This document shows, piece by piece, positions 22,928-32,554 of a stretch of DNA of 46,990 bases (position 1 is its first letter; each line of letters begins with the position of its first letter). The stretch comes from an uncultured Candidatus Rokubacteria bacterium (GTDB lineage Bacteria; Methylomirabilota; Methylomirabilia; Rokubacteriales; DASRDR01): assembly GCA_963708025.1 (NCBI GenBank), contig CAVPSB010000004.1, positions 1 through 46,990 on the forward strand, read 5' to 3'. Under the pieces are notes generated by a model that was given only the letters and a program-made list of their open reading frames with translations, had not been told where the DNA came from and made no database searches. A program made the translations under genes and the position numbers.

Positions 22928-23737
22928 TCAGTACCGGATCACGCCCAGGCGCCGGAGAAGGCCGTGGATGCGCTCGGCGTAGACGTTGAAGGTGGGATAC
23001 GCGCCGAGGTGAGCCGGCCGCGGGCGCGGGAGGTCGATCGCGATCTCGTCGACGATGCGGCCGGGGCTCGGTGACATCACCAGGATGCGGTCGGAGAGGC
23101 CGATCGCCTCCTCGATGCTGTGGGTGATGAAGAGCACCGTCTTGCGCGTCTCCATCCACAGGAGCTCGAGGTCGTGGCGGATCTGCGTGCGGGTGAGCGC
23201 GTCGAGGGCCCCGAAGGGCTCGTCCATGAACAGGACCGAGGGCTGGTGGATCAGGGCCCGGGCGATCGACACCCGCTGCCGCATGCCGCCGGAGAGCTGT
23301 CGGGGGTAGCGGTCGGCGGCGGACTCGATGCCGAGCTTCTGGAAGAGGAGCCGGGCAGCCTCCCGCGCCGGCCCCAGCGGCTGACGGCGGATCTGGGGCT
23401 GGAGCAGGACGTTGTCCAGCGCGGTCCGGAAGTCCAGGAGCAGGTGATCCTGGAAGACGATGCCCACGTCGGTCAGCGGGCGGTCGAGCCGCCGGCCATC
23501 GACGAGGACGGCCCCGCTGCTGGCGGCCATCAGACCGGCGCCGATGAGCATGAGCGTGCTCTTACCGCAGCCCGACGGGCCGATCAAGCTGACGAACTCG
23601 CCCCCGGTGATGGCGAAGGAGACGCCGTCGATCGCCGTGAAAGGCCCCTTCCTGGTCTCGAACCGCTTCCGGATCTCCTGCCCGACGATGGACGCCCCCC
23701 CGATGGAGGGCGTCCGCTCCGCTGCCGCCTCGATCAC
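22928..23737 (-). CDS. NitT/TauT-family ABC ATP-binding protein
   Basis: [30 protein letters not shown]. Confidence 0.95.
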   Translation of the reverse strand: MIEAAAERTPSIGGASIVGQEIRKRFETRKGPFTAIDGVSFAITGGEFVSLIGPSGCGKSTLMLIGAGLMAASSGAVLVDGRRLDRPLTDVGIVFQDHLLLDFRTALDNVLLQPQIRRQPLGPAREAARLLFQKLGIESAADRYPRQLSGGMRQRVSIARALIHQPSVLFMDEPFGALDALTRTQIRHDLELLWMETRKTVLFITHSIEEAIGLSDRILVMSPSPGRIVDEIAIDLPRPRPAHLGAYPTFNVYAERIHGLLRRLGVIRY

Positions 23738-24735
23738 GAAGGGCAGGCCGGCGGGTTCGCCGGCAGGAAGTCCGTCGTGTAGTAGTCGGTGATGGGCCGG
23801 TCCTTCGGCAAGCCCAGGTAGGTGGTGAGCAGGTCGTAGGTGATCTGCCAGTTCTTGTCGGGCACGCGGCCGAGGGCGGTGGCGCCGGGCGCGCAGACGA
23901 GCAGGAGATCGACCCGGAGCTGCTTCAGGATCTGGTCCTGGTTGGCGGCGGCGAACTGCTCGACCACCGCCGCGGCCGCCGCCGCCGGGTTCTTCCGGGC
24001 CTCGTCCCAGCCTCGCAGGCTCACGGCGACGAACCGCCGGTACAGCTCGGGATCCGCCTTCAGCTTGTCTTCCCGGGCGATGATCGACAGCCCGACGGTG
24101 GGCACGCCGATATCCCGATAGAAGAGGTCGGTGACCTTGAACCCGCGGTCGCGGATCTGCACGCTCTGGAAGTCGGCCCCGGCCAGGATGGCGTCGACCT
24201 TCTTCTCGAGCAGCGCGCCCACCAGCGCGGCCGGGTCGATGTTGACGATGTTCACCTTGTCCTTGTCGATCTGGTTGGTGGCGAAGATCGGATCGAGGAG
24301 CGTCGTCTGGGCCGTCCCCGGCTGGACCGCGACCCGCTTGCCGATGAGGTCCTTGGGGGACTTGATCCCCGTCTCCTCGAGCGAGATGATCGCGAACCCG
24401 TTGGTCTGGAGGATCGGCGCCAGGATCTTGACCGGTCCTCCTTTCGAGCGGATCTGCATCGCCGCCGGCGCGTCGGCGAAGCCGACCTGGGCCTGACCGG
24501 TGGCCACCAGCTGGGCCGTGGTCGCCGACCCCTTGCCCTCCTCGATGGTCAAGTCGATCCCGGCCTCCCGGTAGAGCCCGAGCTTCTTGGCGTACATGAA
24601 GCCGGCCTGGGGGCCGCCGGCGAGGAAGTTGAGCGTCAGCGTCAGCGGCTTCAGGGCCTGCGCGCCGGCCGGCAGCGCGCTGCCGACGAGGACGGTCAGG
24701 CCGACGATCAGGGCCAGCCAGGGTCTTCTGGTCAT
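23734..24735 (-). CDS. NMT1/THI5-like ABC substrate-binding protein
   Basis: Signal peptide MTRRPWLALIVGL..AGAQ; GLYREAGIDLTIEEGKGS; GIKSPKDLIGKRV. Confidence 0.9.
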   Translation of the reverse strand: MTRRPWLALIVGLTVLVGSALPAGAQALKPLTLTLNFLAGGPQAGFMYAKKLGLYREAGIDLTIEEGKGSATTAQLVATGQAQVGFADAPAAMQIRSKGGPVKILAPILQTNGFAIISLEETGIKSPKDLIGKRVAVQPGTAQTTLLDPIFATNQIDKDKVNIVNIDPAALVGALLEKKVDAILAGADFQSVQIRDRGFKVTDLFYRDIGVPTVGLSIIAREDKLKADPELYRRFVAVSLRGWDEARKNPAAAAAAVVEQFAAANQDQILKQLRVDLLLVCAPGATALGRVPDKNWQITYDLLTTYLGLPKDRPITDYYTTDFLPANPPACPS

Positions 24736-24782
24736 CGTGTCCTCCAGGTGAGGGTTCGGGGTCACCGGGTCGGGGGGACGAC

Positions 24783-25598
24783 TCACGACTTGCGCTGCCA
24801 CGGCATGAGCAGGATCTCGAGCGCCTGGACGCCGTAGCTGAACAGGATGCCGACGAGGCTCAGCGCGACGAGGATCGCGAAGATCAGCGGCATGTCGAGG
24901 TAGCTGGTGCCGCGGAGCAGGAGGTAGCCCAGCCCGGCGTTGGCGCCGACGAACTCGGCCACGATCGCGCCGGTGGCCGAGAAGACGATCGAGACCTTGA
25001 GCCCGGAGAAGATGTAGCCGAGGGCCGAGGGCAGCCGGATGTAGCGGAAGGTCTGCCACCAGCTCGCTCCCATGGAGCGGGTCAGGTAGAGGACGCGCTC
25101 GTCGAGTGACCGGAAGCCGGCCATGCTGGCGACGAGCGTCGGGAAGAAGCAGAGGAGGAAGGTGAACAGCACCTTCGGGAAGGGGCCGAAGCCGAACCAC
25201 ACCACGAACAGCGGGGCCACCGCGATCTTGGGCACGAGCTGGAAGAAGACGATGAGCGGGTAGAGCGACAGCTCCAGGGACCGGACGGAGACGATCAGGA
25301 AGCCGAGGGGCACCGAGATCAGCGTCGCGAAGAAGAAGCCGAGCAGGATCTCCTGCGCCGTCACCAGCGTGTGCTGCCAGATGAGCGCCCGCGACTGGGC
25401 CAGCCTGGCGAAGAACTCGGTCGGCACCGGCAGGATGTACTCCGGCACGCCGAAGGCGCGGACGAGGAACTGCCAGGCGAGCAGCAGCAGGGCGAACGTC
25501 GCCAGCGGACACAGGATGACGAGGAGCACCCCCGGGCGGGAGCCGGCCGGGCCGGCCGCCGGGGGCGGTGGCGCCGTGATCTCCTCGTTCATGCTCAT
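24783..25598 (-). CDS. NitT/TauT-family ABC permease
   Basis: VPKIAVAPLFVVWFGFG, RLPSALGYIFSGLK, GAIVAEFVGANAGLG. Confidence 0.93.
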   Translation of the reverse strand: MSMNEEITAPPPPAAGPAGSRPGVLLVILCPLATFALLLLAWQFLVRAFGVPEYILPVPTEFFARLAQSRALIWQHTLVTAQEILLGFFFATLISVPLGFLIVSVRSLELSLYPLIVFFQLVPKIAVAPLFVVWFGFGPFPKVLFTFLLCFFPTLVASMAGFRSLDERVLYLTRSMGASWWQTFRYIRLPSALGYIFSGLKVSIVFSATGAIVAEFVGANAGLGYLLLRGTSYLDMPLIFAILVALSLVGILFSYGVQALEILLMPWQRKS

Positions 25599-25687
25599 CG
25601 GGGTGGTGGCTGCCGGTCGTTCATCATAGGACAGACCCGCCGGTCGGGGAAGATCCGGGACCACGACCGAGCCGCACCGATCATAGC

Positions 25688-25751
25688 TTGACAGCGCGGA
25701 ACGCGCCATCTACCCTTTTCGTATTCCAGACTCGCTTTCCGGATTGTGGAA
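25688..25751 (+). promoter_or_regulatory. Sigma70 promoter and candidate IclR operator in the divergent intergenic region
   Basis: TTGACA(25688-25693)-17-TACCCT(25711-25716); TTCC-N7-GGAA at 25737-25751. Confidence 0.55.
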
Positions 25752-25893
25752 GACGGGCCGACGCCTCCGGCGACGGTCCCGCTCGGGCTCGCCGCACCAT
25801 CGACCTCCCGCCGCTCGGCCGCCGCCGGCGACCGGGGCGACGGCGGCGCGGCGTGACCGTGGACGCCGACAACACTGGCGACGGAGGCGGACG

Positions 25894-26589
25894 GTGAGCC
25901 TGGCGGGTCAGGGCGTGGTGGCGATCTGGAACGACATCGAGCCGGAAGGACGGGCGAACTTCTACGAGTGGCACAACCGGGAGCACATGCCGGAGCGGGT
26001 GGGCATTCCCGGGTTCCGGCGGGGCCGGCGCTACGTCGGGCGCGACGCGCGGCCCGAGTTCTTCACCCTCTACGAGACGGACAGCCCCCAGACCCTCGCC
26101 GGGACCGACTACCTGACCCGCCTCAACAACCCGACGCCGTGGACCCGGCGGTCGGTCATGGCCTTTCGCAACGTCTCGCGGTCGCTCTGTCGCGTCGCGC
26201 TGTCGCTGGGCGTCGGACAGGGCGGCGCCATCGTGACGTGGCGATACGACGTCGCCGAGGGACGCGAGGAGGAGCAGCGCCGGCTCCTGGCCCAGGGCAT
26301 CCTGCCGGAGCTGGCCGACCGGCCCGGCGTCGCCGGTGTCCACCTCTGCCTCGCCGACCAGGCGGCCAGCGGCATCGAGACGGAAGAGAAGCGGGGCCGA
26401 GCCAAGGCGCTCGTCCCCAACTGGGTCATCCTGGTCGAGGGCGCGGGCGACGTCGCCCTGCTCGAGGCCGCGTGCCAGGCGGCCCTGCCGGAGGAGACGC
26501 TGCTCGCGGCCGGCGCCGTCGCGCCGATCGAGCGCGGGCTGTACCAGCTCCAGTACAGCCGCTGCAAGACCCCGGGCACGGCCGGATGA
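25894..26589 (+). CDS. DUF4286/EthD-like dimeric alpha-beta barrel protein
   Basis: FYEWHNREHMPERVGIPGFRRGRRY, FFTLYET; GGAGG RBS. Confidence 0.75.
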   Translation: MSLAGQGVVAIWNDIEPEGRANFYEWHNREHMPERVGIPGFRRGRRYVGRDARPEFFTLYETDSPQTLAGTDYLTRLNNPTPWTRRSVMAFRNVSRSLCRVALSLGVGQGGAIVTWRYDVAEGREEEQRRLLAQGILPELADRPGVAGVHLCLADQAASGIETEEKRGRAKALVPNWVILVEGAGDVALLEAACQAALPEETLLAAGAVAPIERGLYQLQYSRCKTPGTAG

Positions 26590-27397
26590 AGGGGGCGGGA
26601 CCATACGCGTGCTGGTGACGGGGGCGGCGAGCGGGATCGGACGGGCGACGTGCCTCCGCCTGGGACGCGACGGCCGGTCGCGCGGTGAGGCGGCCAAGGT
26701 CGCGGCGGTGGACCTCGGCCCGTCGCCCGCGCTCGACGAGCTGGTCGCGGAGCTGCGCGCCCTCGGCGCAGAGGCGCTGGCCCTCCACGGCGACATGGGG
26801 GAGGCCGACGCGCCGGCCCGCGTGGTCAGCCAGGCCGTGGAGCGCTTCGGCGGCCTGGACGGCCTGGTGAGCAACGCGGGAATCAACCGGCCGGGCGCGC
26901 TCTTGCAGTACTCCGTCGAGGACTGGGACCGCCTGTTCGCCGTCAACACCCGCGCCACCTGGCTCCTGGCCCAGGCCGCCCACCCCGCCCTCCGCGCGTC
27001 GCGCGGCGCCATCGTGGCCGTGGCCTCGATGTCGGGCGTCCATCCCCACGCCAACCTCGGGGCGTACGGGCCGAGCAAGGCGGCGGTGATCATGCTGGTG
27101 CAGGTGCTGGCGCAGGAGCTCGGGCGCGACGGCATCCGGGTCAACGCGCTGTCGCCCGGCATGGTGCGGACCGGCATGACCGCGAAGGTGTACGCGGACC
27201 CCGGGGTCGCGGCCGAGCGCGACGCGCTGGTTCCCCTCGGCCGCGTCGCCACGCCGGAGGACATGGCCGACGTCATCGCCTTCCTGCTCGGGCCGGACGC
27301 CCGCTACGTGAACGGCCACAACCTCGTCGCCGACGGCGGCGTCACCGGGAACCTGCTGGGTCGTCTCCCGGGGCTCCGGGAGGTGACGCGTGGTTGA
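26586..27397 (+). CDS. SDR-family oxidoreductase; one indel near the start
   Basis: VLVTGAASGIG, VSNAGI, YGPSK, IRVNALSPG. Confidence 0.92.
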
Positions 27398-28220
27398 CGG
27401 CGCGGGCCGGGGAGGTGGCCTGCGGAAGACGCCCACGAGGGGGAGGAGCGCGGGCGCGCCGGTCGCCGGCGGCCTCAAGTCACTGCACAAGACGATCCGC
27501 GTCCTCGAGTGTTTCTCGATCCGGGAGCCTCGCCTCTCGCTCTCCGAGATCGCGCGGCGCGTGGGCCTGCCCGCCAGCACGACCCACCGCATCCTGGCGA
27601 CGCTGCGCGCGGCCGGCTTCGTGGAGCAGGACGGGGAGCGCGACCAGTACCGCCTCGGCCTCAAGCTCTTGGAGCTGGGGAGCGTCGTGCTCGCCACCAT
27701 GGAGCTGCATCGCGAGGCGGCGCCCTTCGTCGAGGCGCTCGGGCGCGAGAGCGGCGAGACGGTGCACCTGGGAGTGTTCGACGGCTCCCAGGTGGTGTCG
27801 ATCGAGAAGATGGACTCCGCCCACGAGCTGGCCCTGAACGTCACGATCGGCAAGGGAGCGCCCGCCTACTGCACGGGCGTGGGTAAGGCCCTGCTCGCCT
27901 TCCAGCCCGACGCGGTCGTCAGCCGCGTCGGCCGGGTCGGGCTCCGGCGGCACACGGCGAACACCATCACCGATCTCGGGAAGCTGCGGCGGGAGCTGGA
28001 GCGGGTGCGCAAGCTGGGCTACGCGGTCGACAACGAGGAGCACGAGGTCGGCGTGCGGTGCGTGGCGGCCCCCATCCGCAGCTACACCGGCGGCGTGGTC
28101 GCCTCCCTGAGCGTCTCCGGCCCCGCGACCCGGATCACGACCGCCGCCATCCCGCGCCTGGCCGAGCGGGTGAAGGAGGTCGCCGCCAAGCTGTCGGCGC
28201 AGCTCGGGTACCGCGCCTAG
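27390..28220 (+). CDS. IclR-family transcriptional regulator
   Basis: LSLSEIARRVGLPASTTHRIL, ETVHLG, CTGVGKALLA, GYAVDNEEHEVGVRCVAAPI. Confidence 0.95.
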   Translation: MVDGAGRGGGLRKTPTRGRSAGAPVAGGLKSLHKTIRVLECFSIREPRLSLSEIARRVGLPASTTHRILATLRAAGFVEQDGERDQYRLGLKLLELGSVVLATMELHREAAPFVEALGRESGETVHLGVFDGSQVVSIEKMDSAHELALNVTIGKGAPAYCTGVGKALLAFQPDAVVSRVGRVGLRRHTANTITDLGKLRRELERVRKLGYAVDNEEHEVGVRCVAAPIRSYTGGVVASLSVSGPATRITTAAIPRLAERVKEVAAKLSAQLGYRA

Positions 28221-28359
28221 CGACGCGGGGGAGAGAAGTGCTGCATGGAGCTGCAGGGCCGGCCGGCCGGCGAGCCCCGGCCGCCCATGCCGGCGACGTC
28301 GGAGACGCAGGCGACGGCGATCCGACGCGCCCTGTCCAACGCCGGCCTTTGATCTTCCG

Positions 28360-28384
28360 GAGGGGGTCTTCCGAGACCCCCCTC
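28360..28384. repeat. REP-like hairpin, copy 1
   Basis: GAGGGGGTC-TTCCGA-GACCCCCCTC. Confidence 0.55.
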
Positions 28385-28389
28385 TGTCC

Positions 28390-29424
28390 TCAGCTCGGGA
28401 CGAACTCTCGGACCGGCTCGGCGGGGGCCGGCCGGCGGTCCGGACGCGAGGCGAGCGCGGCGTCCCGCGCGGGCTCGCCGATCCGTCCGGCGTGGGCCAG
28501 CGCCCCCACCAGGTTCAGGATCAGGCGGGCGCCGAGCAGGCTGGTCTGGTCGTTGAGATCGTGCGCCGGCACGATCCCGACGAGATCGAAGCCGACCACC
28601 GGGCCTCGGGCCGCGATGCCCTTCAGCAGGTTGGTGGCCTCGAAGTAAGTCAGGCCGCCGAAGGCCGGCGGTTCGACGCCGGGGGCGATCGCTGGGTCGA
28701 GCGCCGCCGCATCCAGGCTGATGTAGTAGCCCGACGCCGCCGGGACGCGCCGCAGGACGTCGCGGACGCCGAGCTCGTGAACCTCCTCGGCTCGCACCAG
28801 GACGCTCCCGAACGCCAGGGCCGCCTCGACCTCGCGGCGGCGCTCGCGGCCCCCGCCGCGGAGGCCGATCTGCACCATCGAGGTGACCCCGGGAAGCTCC
28901 GCCGCCCGCCGCATCGCGGAGCGCGGCCCGTCCTCGACGCCGTTGACCTCGTCGCACCAGTCGAGGGTCGGGCCCAGGTGAACCACGGCGAGCGGCCCCC
29001 GCCCCGAGTACGCACGGAGGGTAGGGATCGCGGCCGCGTGATCGCCGCCGAGCACGATCGGGACCGCTCCCCGGTCGAGGATGGCCCGGATCACGGCGGT
29101 GGCCATGCCGGCGTTCTCCGCGTACCGGCCGGGGCGACCGCCCACGTCCCCCCAGTCCACGAGCCGGACCCGGCGGCGGGCCAGGAGGTCGCCGCCGAAG
29201 TCGAAGTCGTAGTGGTCCAGGCGGTCGGCCAGCCGGAGCGACTGCTGGCGCACGGCCGAAGGGGCGGCGCTGGAAGGCGCCCGGGAGCCCGCCAGGTCGT
29301 GGGGGGTGGTGTAGGGGATGCCCACGACGGCGAGGTCGGCGGCTGGCGGATCGAGCGGCGTCGCGCGGTCCGCTCCGAGGAAGGTCGGACGGCCAATCGG
29401 GATCGGGTCGGTCCTGGCCAGCAT
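28390..29424 (-). CDS. Agmatinase/arginase (ureohydrolase) family protein with degenerate metal ligands
   Basis: VVGIPY, DWGDV, VLGGDHA, VQIGLRG, LDPAIAPG..GGLTYFE; DAHxD reads GPTLD, DxD reads DAA. Confidence 0.85.
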   Translation of the reverse strand: MLARTDPIPIGRPTFLGADRATPLDPPAADLAVVGIPYTTPHDLAGSRAPSSAAPSAVRQQSLRLADRLDHYDFDFGGDLLARRRVRLVDWGDVGGRPGRYAENAGMATAVIRAILDRGAVPIVLGGDHAAAIPTLRAYSGRGPLAVVHLGPTLDWCDEVNGVEDGPRSAMRRAAELPGVTSMVQIGLRGGGRERRREVEAALAFGSVLVRAEEVHELGVRDVLRRVPAASGYYISLDAAALDPAIAPGVEPPAFGGLTYFEATNLLKGIAARGPVVGFDLVGIVPAHDLNDQTSLLGARLILNLVGALAHAGRIGEPARDAALASRPDRRPAPAEPVREFVPS

Positions 29425-29569
29425 GCCTGTCCTCCGTGAACCGGGTGAATCGAGGATCGCGTTGGCCGGCGCCGTCCGACGGGACCAGCGAAGCGGCGGC
29501 GCCCGGCCGCATGACGCCGCGAGCATACCCCACCCCGGCCGCTGCTTGCCAGTCGCGGATCGCGCGCCG

Positions 29570-30820
29570 CTACTTCTCAGGGCTGACGCGGGAGGCCGGC
29601 GCCGGGTCGCCGGCCTCGAGGGCAGCCCGGGTGAACGCCTCGCCGGCGATCGCCAGCGGCGAGACCGCCAGCGCGTCGTGCCGCCCGGCCACGTGGGCCG
29701 ACAGCTCGGGCGAGGCCAGGCGGACGACGACGGGCACGCCGGGGTGGCGACGGCGCGCGGCGAGCGCGACGTGGAGGTTGGTGGCGTCCGAGTCGGTGAG
29801 GGCCAGCACCGCGGCGGCGGTCTCGATCCGGGCGAGGTCGAGGGTCGCATCGATCGACGCGTCAGCCACGATGACGTGGTGCCCGTCCGCCCGGAGCGTG
29901 CTGACGTGACGGCTCTCTCCGTCCCGCTCGACCACCACCAGCCGATGGCCGTGCCCGGCCAGGAGCCGCGCGACCCGGACCCCGACGTTGCCGGCTCCGG
30001 CCACCACGATGTGGCCGTGACCCCGGACGGGCACGCGGCCCCGGATCGCGTCCAGCCGCCGGGAGACGACGCTCCCGGTGAAGAGCGCGTAGAGCGCGGC
30101 GATGAAGGCCGCGCCGGCGAACATGACCACCATCCCGACGAGCTTGGCCAGGTCGGAGGCGTCGCGCAGGGCGATGTCCCCGTAGCCGACGGTCGTCACG
30201 GTCGTCCACACGAAGTAGAAGGCGTCGAGGAGCCGCAGGTTCAGCGAGTAGGCGAAGTACACCGCCGAGCCGACGACGATCAGCACGAACGCCGCCAGGA
30301 TGCGGGCCAGGACCCGATCCACCGGAATCGCCCGCCACTGGCCGGGCTCGCCGGTCACGGGTGACGCTCGCCGGGCTTCGATCGCCGAGCGCGGCTCGGC
30401 CAGCGCCCGCAGGGCCAGGTCGGCGAACACGGGGGCGCTCAGGCCCGACATGCTGAGCACGGTGACCCGGGGGAGCGTGTCGTGGAGGTAGGCGGTGAGG
30501 TCGGGGTCGAAGAGCCGGACGACCAGCGGCAGGTCCTCGCGGAGCCGGCGGACCAGGAGCGCGGCGTTAACGTTCTCGGCGTCGTTGTCGGCGGCCAGCA
30601 CGAGGGCCGAGGCCGAGGCGAGCCCCGCGGCCTCCAGCGCCCGGACCATCCGGGCCGATCCCGGGATCACGCGCACGCCGAGCTGCTCCAGCTCGGGGAG
30701 CGCCTCCGGCGCGTCGGCCGGTGAGGTGATCGCCCGAGTCTCGACGCCGGCCGCGACCAGCCGCTCGACGATCGCCAGCCCGAGGGGCTCGAGCCCGGCT
30801 ACGATGACCGCCGGCTTCAC
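29570..30820 (-). CDS. Potassium channel protein (RCK - 2TM pore - RCK)
   Basis: TVTTVGYGD selectivity filter; two TrkA-N domains (VIVAGLEPLG, IVVAGAGNVG, ALTDSDATN). Confidence 0.9.
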   Translation of the reverse strand: MKPAVIVAGLEPLGLAIVERLVAAGVETRAITSPADAPEALPELEQLGVRVIPGSARMVRALEAAGLASASALVLAADNDAENVNAALLVRRLREDLPLVVRLFDPDLTAYLHDTLPRVTVLSMSGLSAPVFADLALRALAEPRSAIEARRASPVTGEPGQWRAIPVDRVLARILAAFVLIVVGSAVYFAYSLNLRLLDAFYFVWTTVTTVGYGDIALRDASDLAKLVGMVVMFAGAAFIAALYALFTGSVVSRRLDAIRGRVPVRGHGHIVVAGAGNVGVRVARLLAGHGHRLVVVERDGESRHVSTLRADGHHVIVADASIDATLDLARIETAAAVLALTDSDATNLHVALAARRRHPGVPVVVRLASPELSAHVAGRHDALAVSPLAIAGEAFTRAALEAGDPAPASRVSPEK

Positions 30821-32550
30821 GCCGAGCCCCGGAGCACGGCGCGGAGCCAGGCCTCGAGCGTCACCAGGAGCCAGATCTTCGCGCCGTGGCGCGGGCGGAG
30901 GCCACCGAGGCGCCCGGCCAGGAGCCGCTCCAGCCAGGGGCGCCGGACGAGGGGCCAGGCGGCCAGCCCGTCGAGCAGCCGCTCCCGGGCGTGGGCGTGG
31001 AGCGGGCCGCCGCGCGGCGCGAACCACCCCTCGACCGGCACCAGCATCCCGCTCTTGGGGCGCTCCAGGATGGCGCGCGGCAGGAGGTCCCGCACCGCCT
31101 CCTTGAGGAGGTACTTCTCGACGGAGCCCCGCAGCCTGAGCTGCGGCGGGAGGGCGAGGGCCGCCTCGACGATCGTGCGGGCGAAGAGCGGCGACCGCGG
31201 CAGCAGTCCGAACGGGGCGCTCGCGGCGTCGACCTTCGGCAGGATGTGATGCCCTCCCTTGAAGGCGACGTTGAGCGCCGTGAGCTTGGTCACGAAGCTC
31301 CGCCAGCGCGGGTCGGCGAAGTACGGGCGGAGCGACGCCGGGAGCGGCGCGGCGACAGCGCGGCCTGGACCTCGTCGGTCAGCATCGCCGGCAGGTCGTC
31401 GTAGCACTTCTGGTGGGCCCGGAGGTAGCTCGTCTCGCGCGCCCAGGGATCGTCGGCCCCGAGCGTGGCACCGTCGCCCAGCCACTCGGCGAGCAGCATC
31501 GGCAGGTTCTTCGGCCCGCCGAAGCACGGGTCGCCGCCCTCCCCGTTGAGGACCACGCCGACGTCGGCGGCGGCCTCGCGGAAGAGGAGCGCGTTGGGGA
31601 CCGTGAGGGGATCGCCGATCGGCTTCCCCAGGACGGCGACGGCGTCGTCGAGGTGGCGGAGGACGACCGCCGGCGACAGCTCCACGATCCGGTGGTCGGT
31701 CGCGCAGTGCTCGGCCACCAGGGAGCTCCAGGGCAGCTCGTTCGCGTAGCCCCGCCCGAACGACACCGAGTAGGTCAGCACCGGCTTGTCGGCGAGGCGC
31801 CGGGCCAGGGCGACCACGAGGCTCGAATCGACGCCGCCCGAGAGGAACGCCCCGACCGCCTCGCCGGCCGGCAGGCGCCGCTGCACCGCCTCCTCGAGAC
31901 GCGCCCGCAGGGCCGAGCGGAGCGCCGGCCTCGTCGGGAGGCTCCGCGTGGGCCGGCTCGGCGGGGAGCGTCCAGAAGCGCTCGCGGGCGAGCCGGCCCT
32001 CCCGGACGTGGAGGACCTCGCCGGGCAGGAGCTCGCGGATGCCGGACACCAGGGTCGCCGCGCCCGGAACATAGGCGTAGGTGAGGTAGGTGGCCACGGC
32101 GGTGAGGTCGAGCGACCGCGGGACGAGGCTGGTCGCCAGGAGCGCGGGCACGGACGAGGCGAAGGCGAGGCCGTCGGGCAGGGGAGCGTAGTAAAGGGTG
32201 CGCTCCCCGATGGCGTCCCGGGCGAGGTGGCAGGCGCCGTCGGCCGTCCGCCACGCCACCACGAAGGCGCCGTCCACATCGGCGAGGCGGCCGGCGGCGA
32301 GGAGCGCCCGCCACTGGCCGAGGGCCTCGACGCGCGCGCCGTCGAGCCAGCAGGCGTCCCAGTCGGCAACCACGTCGGACCCGGGCTCGGCGGTCAGGAT
32401 GCCGGACCCCGGACCCAGCGCTCGCGCGAGCGCGGCCGTGGCTCGCGGATCGGTGCGGCCCATCAGGCCCCCGATCCGCCCGACCGGCCGGCGGCGCGGG
32501 GCCGCGCTTCCGAACGGGGGACCGGGCAGCGCCTGGATGACCCGCGTCAT
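30817..32550 (-). CDS. Asparagine synthetase B-like ATP-dependent ligase #1, no N-terminal Cys; frameshifted
   Basis: LARDAIGERTLYY, FLSGGVDSS, LNGEGGDPCFGG, EKYLLKEA, RPKSGM. Confidence 0.88.
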   Translation of the reverse strand: MTRVIQALPGPPFGSAAPRRRPVGRIGGLMGRTDPRATAALARALGPGSGILTAEPGSDVVADWDACWLDGARVEALGQWRALLAAGRLADVDGAFVVAWRTADGACHLARDAIGERTLYYAPLPDGLAFASSVPALLATSLVPRSLDLTAVATYLTYAYVPGAATLVSGIRELLPGEVLHVREGRLARERFWTLPAEPAHAEPPDEAGAPLGPAGASRGGGAAAPAGRRGGRGVPLGRRRFEPRGRPGPAPRRQAGADLLGVVRAGLRERAALELPGGRALRDRPPDRGAVAGGRPPPPRRRRRRPGEADRRSPHGPQRAPLPRGRRRRRRGPQRGGRRPVLRRAEEPADAARRVAGRRCHARGRRSLGARDELPPGPPEVLRRPAGDADRRGPGRAVAAPLPASLRPYFADPRWRSFVTKLTALNVAFKGGHHILPKVDAASAPFGLLPRSPLFARTIVEAALALPPQLRLRGSVEKYLLKEAVRDLLPRAILERPKSGMLVPVEGWFAPRGGPLHAHARERLLDGLAAWPLVRRPWLERLLAGRLGGLRPRHGAKIWLLVTLEAWLRAVLRGSA

Positions 32551-32554
32551 GGGG

